Positions 1 through 5,352 of a DNA stretch of 5,352 nt are shown here, one piece after another; position 1 is the stretch's first letter, and every line of letters begins with the position of its first letter. Under the pieces are notes generated by a model that made no database searches, had not been told where the DNA came from, and was given only the letters and a program-made list of their open reading frames with translations. This DNA comes from a virus (lineage: Duplodnaviria; Heunggongvirae; Uroviricota; Caudoviricetes), in the IMG/VR virus record IMGVR_UViG_3300013942_000028, positions 1 to 5,352 of that record; one strand, written 5' to 3'. The position numbers and the translations under genes are program-made.

Positions 1-1
1 A

Positions 2-103
2 ACTGTTTCATTAGCCGAATGGAAAAAATACCGGGTGCTGCTGATGCGAGTTGATACAGCAGACCCGGACTGGCCTACTCCTCCGGCGACTCAGGCCAGT
101 TGA
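2..103 (+). CDS. Tail fiber assembly protein, C-terminal fragment (5' end lies left of the window); presumed active-orientation partner of the convergent tfa at 75..506
   Basis: Frame 2 is open from the window edge to TGA at 101..103 and reads [33 protein letters not shown]. This matches the lambda Tfa-family C-terminus as I recall it ([15 protein letters not shown]...APDIEWP). Not in the ORF track because no start codon falls inside the window. Confidence 0.6.
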   Translation, partial: TVSLAEWKKYRVLLMRVDTADPDWPTPPATQAS

Positions 104-506
104 TATCTGGTGCGCTGGATATGTCCACAGATTCCAGCGCATCGAGATAATCCAGCCACTCGTTATACTGGGCCTTCTCGTCGTCTGTAAGTCGCCCCAG
201 CGCAGCTTTACCCGGCCACTGCTTGCTGTTTATATACTCATTAGCCTGATCGATACGATACTGTTTTTCAGCTTCAGCTGCTGCGATTTCCTCCTCATGG
301 CTTAAAGGTGGAATGTCTACCCATGCCGGCATTCCATCCTCAGTAGCTCCACGAGTTTTACCCTCTGGTGGCATCCCCGAATATTCAGTGAATGTCTCAT
401 CTGAGACGGCTATGAGATCGTCAGGCCAGTTTCTACTCGCTTCATAAACATCTCTGAGCTCATCAGGGTAGAAAGCGTTATTTAATGCTGAATAAAAATA
501 AGCCAT
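75..506 (-). CDS. tfa: Tail fiber assembly protein (Tfa/gpG/U-like chaperone), alternative copy inside the invertible segment
   Basis: 143-aa ORF ending ...[33 protein letters not shown], the Tfa-family C-terminal motif (W..Y/L....VD.S.APDI.WP). It starts 3 nt downstream of the stop of the tail-fiber cassette on the same strand (translational coupling) and converges on, and overlaps by 29 bp, the other tfa 3' end. Confidence 0.8.
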   Translation of the reverse strand: MAYFYSALNNAFYPDELRDVYEASRNWPDDLIAVSDETFTEYSGMPPEGKTRGATEDGMPAWVDIPPLSHEEEIAAAEAEKQYRIDQANEYINSKQWPGKAALGRLTDDEKAQYNEWLDYLDALESVDISSAPDINWPESPEE

Positions 507-509
507 TTA

Positions 510-917
510 TTAATACCCCACAGCAAAATAGTTAAACCCGCCAGCGCCGATGGATGATTCAGCGTTGGTTCCTGTCTGATAAGCGCGTAGCTGGAAATTA
601 GTTCTCGTAAAATCCTGGGCGGTTAACGCAAAACCTTGACCTGTACCCCCAACACTCTGGTCTGTTGCAACAACACATAGCGCCCTGGTTGGAAACGCAA
701 TCGGGAATGATACTGTTTCTGGGGATGTTTTCGTTTTGGCTATTGCCCATTGAAGAATTAACCCGCCTGGCAGGTATTGATACCCCGAATCGGCTCGCTG
801 ATTACCAAATGAAGACATGTCCGGAATCTGTCCGGAACCAGTGCCAACATTTTTTTTTGCCGCATCTCCTAAACCAACGTTTAAGAAAATGCAGAGGTAA
901 CAGCTAACTGGCATCAT
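510..917 (-). CDS. Tail fiber protein C-terminal variable (receptor-binding) cassette, currently in the silent orientation. The ATG at 917 is probably not a real start; the cassette is expected to be expressed only after inversion fuses it to a constant N-terminal tail-fiber segment outside the window
   Basis: Translation contains the side-tail-fiber C-terminal signature ...YLPGGLILQWAIAKT...VSFPIAFPTRALCVVATD..., resembling the Mu S/S', P1 and e14/rac Stf variable domains. The hix-like crossover site lies inside codons ~10-18. An in-frame stop sits just upstream (927..929) and no RBS is evident. Confidence 0.7.
   Translation of the reverse strand: MMPVSCYLCIFLNVGLGDAAKKNVGTGSGQIPDMSSFGNQRADSGYQYLPGGLILQWAIAKTKTSPETVSFPIAFPTRALCVVATDQSVGGTGQGFALTAQDFTRTNFQLRAYQTGTNAESSIGAGGFNYFAVGY
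864..889. other. 26-bp invertase crossover site (hix/gix/cix/pix-like), right-hand copy
   Basis: ATCTCCTAAACC-AA-CGTTTAAGAAAA: two imperfect 12-bp inverted half-sites around a central AA. By my recollection of hixL (TTCTTGAAAACCAAGGTTTTTGATAA) 19 of 26 positions match, including the AAACC-AA-(G/C)GTTT core. Confidence 0.6.
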
Positions 918-944
918 CTCCGGTTTTTATTCAGGGGGATGATC

Positions 945-1520
945 ATGCTTATTGGCTATGTACGCGTGTCAACAAATGACCAGAACACCGATTTGCAACG
1001 TAATGCACTGAACTGCGCGGGATGTGAGCGGATTTTTGAGGACAAAATCAGTGGCACTAAGTCCGACAGACCGGGGCTGAAAAAACTACTCAGGACACTA
1101 TCGGCAGGTGACACGCTGGTTGTCTGGAAGCTGGACAGGTTGGGACGCAGTATGCGGCATCTTGTTACGCTGATAGAAGAGTTGCGCCAGCGTGGCGTGA
1201 ATTTCCGAAGCCTGACTGACAGTATTGATACCAGTACCCCAATGGGCCGTTTCTTTTTTCATGTCATGGGTGCCCCGGCTGAAATGGAACGCGAACTGAT
1301 AGTTGAACGTACCAGGGCGGGGATTGCTGCAGCTCGCGACAAAGGCAGAGTAGGTGGACGCCGTCCTAAGTTGACCACCGAACAGTGGGCACAGATTGGA
1401 CGTTTACTAGAGGCCGGAGAATCAAGACAGCGTATTGCACTGATTTTTGATGTGGGCATTTCTACCATTTATAGAAAATTTCCGGCAAATAAGAGCAGTG
1501 AATCCCCTGAATCAGCATAA
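945..1520 (+). CDS. Site-specific serine DNA invertase (Hin/Gin/Pin/Cin family resolvase-invertase)
   Basis: N-terminus MLIGYVRVSTNDQNTDLQRNA with the catalytic Ser in VRVSTNDQ, the GDTLVVWKLDRLGRS and MGRFFFHVMGA...AEMERELIVERT blocks, and a C-terminal HTH (GESRQRIALIFDVGISTIYRKF). Near-identical in motif order to Gin/Pin/Hin as I recall them. GGGGG at 934..938 is a Shine-Dalgarno 6 nt before the ATG at 945. The track's ATG at 939 is in frame and adds two residues; 945 gives the canonical MLIGYV start. Confidence 0.93.
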   Translation: MLIGYVRVSTNDQNTDLQRNALNCAGCERIFEDKISGTKSDRPGLKKLLRTLSAGDTLVVWKLDRLGRSMRHLVTLIEELRQRGVNFRSLTDSIDTSTPMGRFFFHVMGAPAEMERELIVERTRAGIAAARDKGRVGGRRPKLTTEQWAQIGRLLEAGESRQRIALIFDVGISTIYRKFPANKSSESPESA

Positions 1521-1637
1521 TTTTGATTATCCCTGCAAGTAGACAAATACCGTCATTTTGTGTGAATAACTGTACAACTACACTTAGCTGTTTGTCGGGC
1601 ACAATCACTTCAACATAGGGCGAAGCCTAATCCAATC

Positions 1638-1643
1638 AGGAGG
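1638..1643 (+). promoter_or_regulatory. Shine-Dalgarno sequence of the tail sheath gene
   Basis: AGGAGG 9 nt upstream of the ATG at 1653. Confidence 0.6.
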
Positions 1644-1652
1644 TTCGCCGCT

Positions 1653-2825
1653 ATGGCTCAGGATTACCACCACGGGGTGCGCGTTGTTGAAATCAACGAA
1701 GGCACCCGATCCATTACCACGGTGAGCACCGCCATCGTGGGTATGGTCTGCACGGGCGATGATGCCGATGCAAAAATGTTTCCTCTTAATAAACCCGTGC
1801 TGATCACTGATGTGCTGACTGCCAGCGGTAAAGCGGGTGAGTCCGGCACGCTGGCCCGTTCGCTGGATGCCATCGCTGACCAGGCAAAACCCGTGACCGT
1901 TGTTGTGCGTGTGCCGCAGGGTGAAACGGAAGAAGAAACCACGACCAATATCATCGGCGCAGTGACTGCTGAAGGTAAAAAAACAGGCATGAAAGCCCTG
2001 TTATCTGCCCAGACACAGCTCGGCGTTAAACCGCGCATTCTCGGCGTGCCAGGTCACGATAACAAAGCCGTTGCTACTGAGTTGCTGAGTGTGGCGCAAA
2101 GCCTGCGTGGGTTTGCTTACCTGTCAGCGTATGGCTGCAAGACGGTGCAGGAGGCGATCACTTACCGTGAAAACTTCAGCCAGCGCGAAGGAATGCTGAT
2201 CTGGCCCGACTTTACTGGCTGGGACACGGTGCTGAATGCCGAAGCAACGGCATATGCCACCGCCCGTGCGCTTGGTCTGCGTGCCAAAATTGATGAGCAG
2301 ACTGGATGGCACAAAAGCCTGTCCAACGTGGGCGTGAACGGTGTCACCGGAATTTCTGCAGATGTGTTCTGGGATCTGCAGGACCCGGCAACCGATGCAG
2401 GTCTGCTGAACCAGAACGACGTCACCACGCTTGTGCGTAAAGACGGTTTCCGCTTCTGGGGTTCCCGCTGCCTGAGTGATGACCCGCTCTTTGCCTTCGA
2501 AAACTACACCCGCACGGCGCAGGTGCTGACGGACACAATGGCAGAAGCGCACATGTGGGCAGTGGACAAACCGCTGAACCCGTCGCTGGCGCGCGACATT
2601 ATCGAGGGCATCCGCGCCAAAATGCGCAGCCTGGTCAGTCAGGGGTATCTCATTGGTGGTGATTGCTGGCTGGACGAGTCGGTGAACGACAAAGACACTC
2701 TGAAAGCCGGAAAACTCACCATCGACTATGACTACACGCCAGTGCCGCCACTTGAAAATCTGATGCTGCGCCAGCGCATCACCGATCAGTACCTGGTGAA
2801 TTTCGCCAGCCAGGTCAGCGCGTAA
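1653..2825 (+). CDS. FI: Contractile tail sheath protein (P2 gpFI homologue)
   Basis: 390 aa, close to the P2 FI length. N-terminus [52 protein letters not shown] and internal blocks ([61 protein letters not shown]) match P2 FI from memory. Strong RBS. Confidence 0.95.
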   Translation: MAQDYHHGVRVVEINEGTRSITTVSTAIVGMVCTGDDADAKMFPLNKPVLITDVLTASGKAGESGTLARSLDAIADQAKPVTVVVRVPQGETEEETTTNIIGAVTAEGKKTGMKALLSAQTQLGVKPRILGVPGHDNKAVATELLSVAQSLRGFAYLSAYGCKTVQEAITYRENFSQREGMLIWPDFTGWDTVLNAEATAYATARALGLRAKIDEQTGWHKSLSNVGVNGVTGISADVFWDLQDPATDAGLLNQNDVTTLVRKDGFRFWGSRCLSDDPLFAFENYTRTAQVLTDTMAEAHMWAVDKPLNPSLARDIIEGIRAKMRSLVSQGYLIGGDCWLDESVNDKDTLKAGKLTIDYDYTPVPPLENLMLRQRITDQYLVNFASQVSA

Positions 2826-2834
2826 GGGGACAAC

Positions 2835-3350
2835 ATGGCTTTACCACGCAAATTAAAACATCTGAACTTGTTTAACGACGGGAACAACTGGCAGGGGATC
2901 GTTGAGTCGCTGACGCTGCCGAAATTCACCCGCAAATATGAGAAGTATCGCGGCGGCGGTATGCCGGGGGCGGTGGATGTGGATCTGGGACTGGATGACA
3001 GTGCACTGGATACAGAATTTTCCATTGGTGGTACTGAACTGCTGCTGTTTAAGCAGATGGGCATATCCACGGTGGATGGCATCCAGCTGCGCTTTACCGG
3101 CTCTATCCAGCGTGACGATACCGGGGAAGTGCAGGCCGTGGAGCTTGTCGTGCGTGGACGTCACAAAGAAGTGGATTCCGGCGAGTGGAAGACGGGCGAA
3201 AGCAACACCACCAAAGTGACCAGTACCAACAGCTACGCGAAGCTGACCATCAATGGTGAGGTGCTCTATGAAGTGGACCTTATCAACATGGTGGAAATTG
3301 TGGACGGTGTTGACCTGATGGAAGCGCACCGCAACGCCCTCGGCCTCTGA
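2835..3350 (+). CDS. FII: Tail tube protein (P2 gpFII homologue)
   Basis: 171 aa starting MALPRKLKHLNLFNDGNNWQG..., the characteristic P2 FII-type N-terminus. It sits immediately downstream of the sheath gene as in P2, with GGGGA 5 nt before the ATG. Confidence 0.93.
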   Translation: MALPRKLKHLNLFNDGNNWQGIVESLTLPKFTRKYEKYRGGGMPGAVDVDLGLDDSALDTEFSIGGTELLLFKQMGISTVDGIQLRFTGSIQRDDTGEVQAVELVVRGRHKEVDSGEWKTGESNTTKVTSTNSYAKLTINGEVLYEVDLINMVEIVDGVDLMEAHRNALGL

Positions 3351-3404
3351 TGTATCTGAACGGCGCGGAATGCCGCGCCAGAACCTAATTTACAGGACAA
3401 CAAA

Positions 3405-3707
3405 ATGAGCGATAAACAGACTGAAAAGACCATTCAACTGGATACCCCCATCATGCGCGGTAAAACAGAAATTACCGAAATTGTGTTGCGTAAACCGCAG
3501 TCTGGTGCGCTGCGCGGCACACGCCTGCAGGCCATTATGGATATGGATGTGAACGCGATGATGACCGTGATCCCCCGCATCTCCAGTCCGGCAGTGACTG
3601 CACAGGAAATCGCAGAGATGGACCCGGCAGATCTCACAGCCATGTCGGTTGAGGTTGTCACTTTTTTGTTGAAGAAGTCGGTGCTTGCCGGTTTACCGAC
3701 AGCCTGA
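3405..3707 (+). CDS. E: Tail assembly chaperone (P2 gpE homologue; lambda gpG analogue)
   Basis: 100-aa ORF between the tube and tape measure genes, the conserved position of E. It contains an in-frame slippery heptamer near its 3' end. Confidence 0.85.
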   Translation: MSDKQTEKTIQLDTPIMRGKTEITEIVLRKPQSGALRGTRLQAIMDMDVNAMMTVIPRISSPAVTAQEIAEMDPADLTAMSVEVVTFLLKKSVLAGLPTA

Positions 3708-3841
3708 CGGTTGACGATCTGGTGGCAGATATCGCCACCATTTTTCACTGGCCGCCATCCGTTACTGACGTTATGCCGCTGACCGAAGTGCTGGAATGGC
3801 GGTATAAAGCGATTCAGAGAAGCGGGGCCAACGATGAGTGA
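3405..3841 (+). CDS. Tail assembly chaperone frameshift product E+E' (frame 0 through 3668, then -1 frame to the TGA at 3839..3841), about 145 aa
   Basis: T TTT TTG at 3662..3668 is in the correct zero-frame register (act-ttt-ttg). The -1 frame from 3668 stays open for 57 codons (VEEVGACRFTDSLTVDDLVADIATIFHWPPSVTDVMPLTEVLEWRYKAIQRSGAND) and terminates 8 nt into the tape measure gene, as described for P2 E/E' and lambda G/GT. Confidence 0.7.
3662..3668 (+). other. Programmed -1 ribosomal frameshift slippery heptanucleotide (X XXY YYZ = T TTT TTG)
   Basis: Seen directly in the sequence, in the required register relative to the E reading frame. Confidence 0.7.
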
Positions 3842-5352
3842 TAACAACCTGCGCCTGCAGGTCATTCTTAATGCGGTTGACAAACTCACCCGCCCATTCC
3901 GTACTGCACAGGCCAGTTCGAAAGAGCTGGCTGGTGCAATCAGAAACTCCCGTGACGCATTAAAGCAACTCAATCAGGCGGGTAACAGCCTGGAAAAATT
4001 TCGCAAGCTGCAGGCCGATAACAAGAAGTTAGGCGACAGGCTGAACTATGCCAGACAGAAGGCTAATTTGCTTAGCTCTGAGCTGGAGGCGATGGAACAA
4101 CCATCACAACGGCACCTTGTGGCTTTAGGTCGGCAAACGCTGGCAGTCCAACGCCTGGAAGAACAACAAAAATATTTGCAGAAGCAAACGGCGCTTGTGC
4201 GTGCAGAACTGTACCGGGCGGGAATTTCTGCGAAAGATGATGCGGGAGCAACTGCCCGTTTAGCCCGTGAAACATCACGTTATAACCAGGAATTGTCGAA
4301 ACAGGAGGCGCGGCTGAAGCGACTGGGTGAAGCTCAGCGCAGGATGAATGCGGCGCGTGCCAGTTATGCCCGTTCGCTGGAGGTGCGCGATCGTATTGCA
4401 GGAGCCGGAGCCACTACCACGGCTGCAGGGCTGGCAATGGGGACGCCAGTGATGGCGGCAGTAAAAAGCTATACCAGCATGGAAGATGCCATGAAAGGTG
4501 TGGCAAAGCAGGTCAATGGTCTGCGTGACGATAATGGAAACCGTACTGCACGTTTTTATGAAATGCAGGATGCCATCAAGGCTGCCAGCGAACAGTTGCC
4601 GATGGAAAACGGTGCGGTGGACTTCGCTGCACTGGTTGAAGGTGGTGCGCGCATGAACGTCGCAAACCCTGACGACAGCTGGGAAGACCAGAAACGTGAC
4701 CTGCTGGCCTTCGCCAGTACGGCAGCAAAGGCGGCAACAGCCTTTGAGCTGCCAGCGGATGAACTGTCAGAAAGTCTGGGGAAAATCGCCCAGCTCTACA
4801 AAATACCTACCCGCAATATTGAACAGCTCGGCGATGCGCTGAACTATCTGGATGATAACGCCATGTCGAAAGGGGCGGACATCATTGATGTCATGCAACG
4901 TCTGGGCGGTGTGGCTGACCGTCTGGATTATCGTAAAGCGGCGGCACTGGGTTCCACCTTTCTGACACTGGGCGCTGCGCCGGAGGTTGCAGCCAGTGCA
5001 GCAAACGCGATGGTGCGTGAATTGTCCATTGCCACCATGCAAAGCAAGAGTTTCTTTGAAGGGATGAATCTGCTGAAACTCAATCCTGAAGTGATTGAAA
5101 AGCAGATGACGAAGGATGCGATGGGAACTATCCAGCGTGTGCTGGAGAAGGTGAACGCACTGCCGCAGGACAAGCGTCTGTCTGCCATGACCATGTTGTT
5201 TGGTAAAGAGTTTGGTGATGACGCGGCGAAACTGGCAAACAACCTTCCGGAACTGCAGCGCCAGCTAAAACTGACAGCGGGCAATGATGCGCTCGGTTCC
5301 ATGCAGAAAGAATCCGACATCAACAAAGACTCACTTTCTGCTCAGTGGTTGC
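3834..5352 (+). CDS. T: Tail tape measure protein (P2 gpT homologue), N-terminal ~506 codons; continues past the window end
   Basis: ATG at 3834 preceded by GGGG 8 nt upstream. I translated the frame by hand and it stays open to the window end with no stop. N-terminus MSDNNLRLQVILNAVDKLTRPFRTAQASSKELAG... followed by Q/L/E/R/A-rich heptad-like stretches typical of tape measure proteins. Position immediately after E/E' is conserved. Confidence 0.9.
   Translation, partial: MSDNNLRLQVILNAVDKLTRPFRTAQASSKELAGAIRNSRDALKQLNQAGNSLEKFRKLQADNKKLGDRLNYARQKANLLSSELEAMEQPSQRHLVALGRQTLAVQRLEEQQKYLQKQTALVRAELYRAGISAKDDAGATARLARETSRYNQELSKQEARLKRLGEAQRRMNAARASYARSLEVRDRIAGAGATTTAAGLAMGTPVMAAVKSYTSMEDAMKGVAKQVNGLRDDNGNRTARFYEMQDAIKAASEQLPMENGAVDFAALVEGGARMNVANPDDSWEDQKRDLLAFASTAAKAATAFELPADELSESLGKIAQLYKIPTRNIEQLGDALNYLDDNAMSKGADIIDVMQRLGGVADRLDYRKAAALGSTFLTLGAAPEVAASAANAMVRELSIATMQSKSFFEGMNLLKLNPEVIEKQMTKDAMGTIQRVLEKVNALPQDKRLSAMTMLFGKEFGDDAAKLANNLPELQRQLKLTAGNDALGSMQKESDINKDSLSAQWL

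Larger units (their letters stand above)
1..889. other. Right-hand portion of an invertible DNA segment (tail-fiber host-range switch); its left half and left crossover site are expected beyond the window start
   Basis: Convergent tfa pair, a start-less tail-fiber C-terminal cassette, a hix-like site at 864..889 and an adjacent serine invertase gene. Same layout as the Mu G, P1 C and e14 P segments. Confidence 0.65.

Noticed and set aside
51-305. 84-aa plus-strand ORF from the track
   Set aside because: Lies antisense to, or out of frame with, two tail fiber assembly genes that have clear family motifs. No RBS and a hydrophobic low-complexity translation; most likely a spurious overlapping ORF.
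665-907. 80-aa plus-strand ORF overlapping the tail-fiber cassette
   Set aside because: Antisense to an ORF with a clear tail-fiber receptor-binding signature and spanning the recombination site; no recognisable domain.
939-944. Upstream ATG (939) as the invertase start
   Set aside because: It overlaps the GGGGG Shine-Dalgarno, whereas the ATG at 945 has proper spacing and gives the canonical MLIGYVRVST N-terminus of Hin/Gin-family invertases. Kept as a possible alternative.
1259-1468. 69-aa minus-strand ORF inside the invertase gene
   Set aside because: Antisense to a confidently identified invertase; Ala/Ser/Pro/Arg-rich translation typical of a GC-rich antisense frame.
1521-1560. Possible intrinsic terminator after the invertase gene
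   Set aside because: No convincing GC-rich hairpin followed by a T-run in this stretch; the short T-runs present are not preceded by a stable stem.
1664-2552. Minus-strand ORFs of 124, 142 and 88 aa inside the tail sheath gene
   Set aside because: All antisense to the FI homologue, with no RBS and low-complexity Ser/Ala/Arg/Cys-rich translations; frame artefacts of a GC-rich coding region.
2786-3329. Minus-strand ORFs (98, 158 aa) and a plus-strand 93-aa ORF overlapping the tail tube gene
   Set aside because: Overlap the well-supported FII homologue in alternative frames or antisense; Cys/Trp/Arg-rich translations with no recognisable motifs.
3434-3973. 179-aa minus-strand ORF across E, E' and the start of T
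   Set aside because: Antisense to three syntenic, motif-supported tail genes; no independent support.
4072-5326. Minus-strand ORFs of 68, 91 and 132 aa inside the tape measure gene
   Set aside because: Antisense to a continuous open frame of more than 500 codons with tape-measure character; typical spurious ORFs.
1-5352. CRISPR array, tRNA/rRNA, integrase/transposase, toxin-antitoxin or defence-system cargo
   Set aside because: No direct-repeat/spacer periodicity, no tRNA-like structure noticed, and every large ORF is accounted for by tail or invertase functions; the invertase-FI gap is too short to hold a moron gene.

Overview
This window is the tail-morphogenesis region of a P2-like (Peduovirus-type) prophage from an enterobacterial-type genome, together with the right-hand end of an invertible tail-fiber host-range switch. 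All calls rest on reading the translations against remembered protein families; no database search was run. Left to right: (i) the 3' end of a plus-strand tail fiber assembly gene (2..103) converging on and overlapping a complete minus-strand tail fiber assembly gene (75..506); (ii) a minus-strand tail-fiber C-terminal receptor-binding cassette (510..~917) with no start of its own; (iii) a 26-bp hix/gix-like crossover site (864..889) inside that cassette; (iv) a Hin/Gin/Pin/Cin-family serine DNA invertase (945..1520, +); (v) homologues of the P2 tail genes FI sheath (1653..2825), FII tube (2835..3350), E chaperone (3405..3707) with its -1 frameshift extension E' (to 3841, slippery T TTT TTG at 3662..3668), and the first ~506 codons of the T tape measure (3834..window end, open). 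The supplied ORF track omits the tape measure and the 5' tfa fragment because they run off the window. I see no CRISPR array, tRNA/rRNA, or transposase. This is a well-understood class of system (a Mu G-segment / P1 C-segment / e14 P-segment type switch in a P2-like tail cluster), not an obviously new one; the points worth a second look are the crossover site, a lone extra half-site over the invertase start, an A9 tract next to the crossover site, and the tail fiber genes lying on the opposite strand from the sheath operon.
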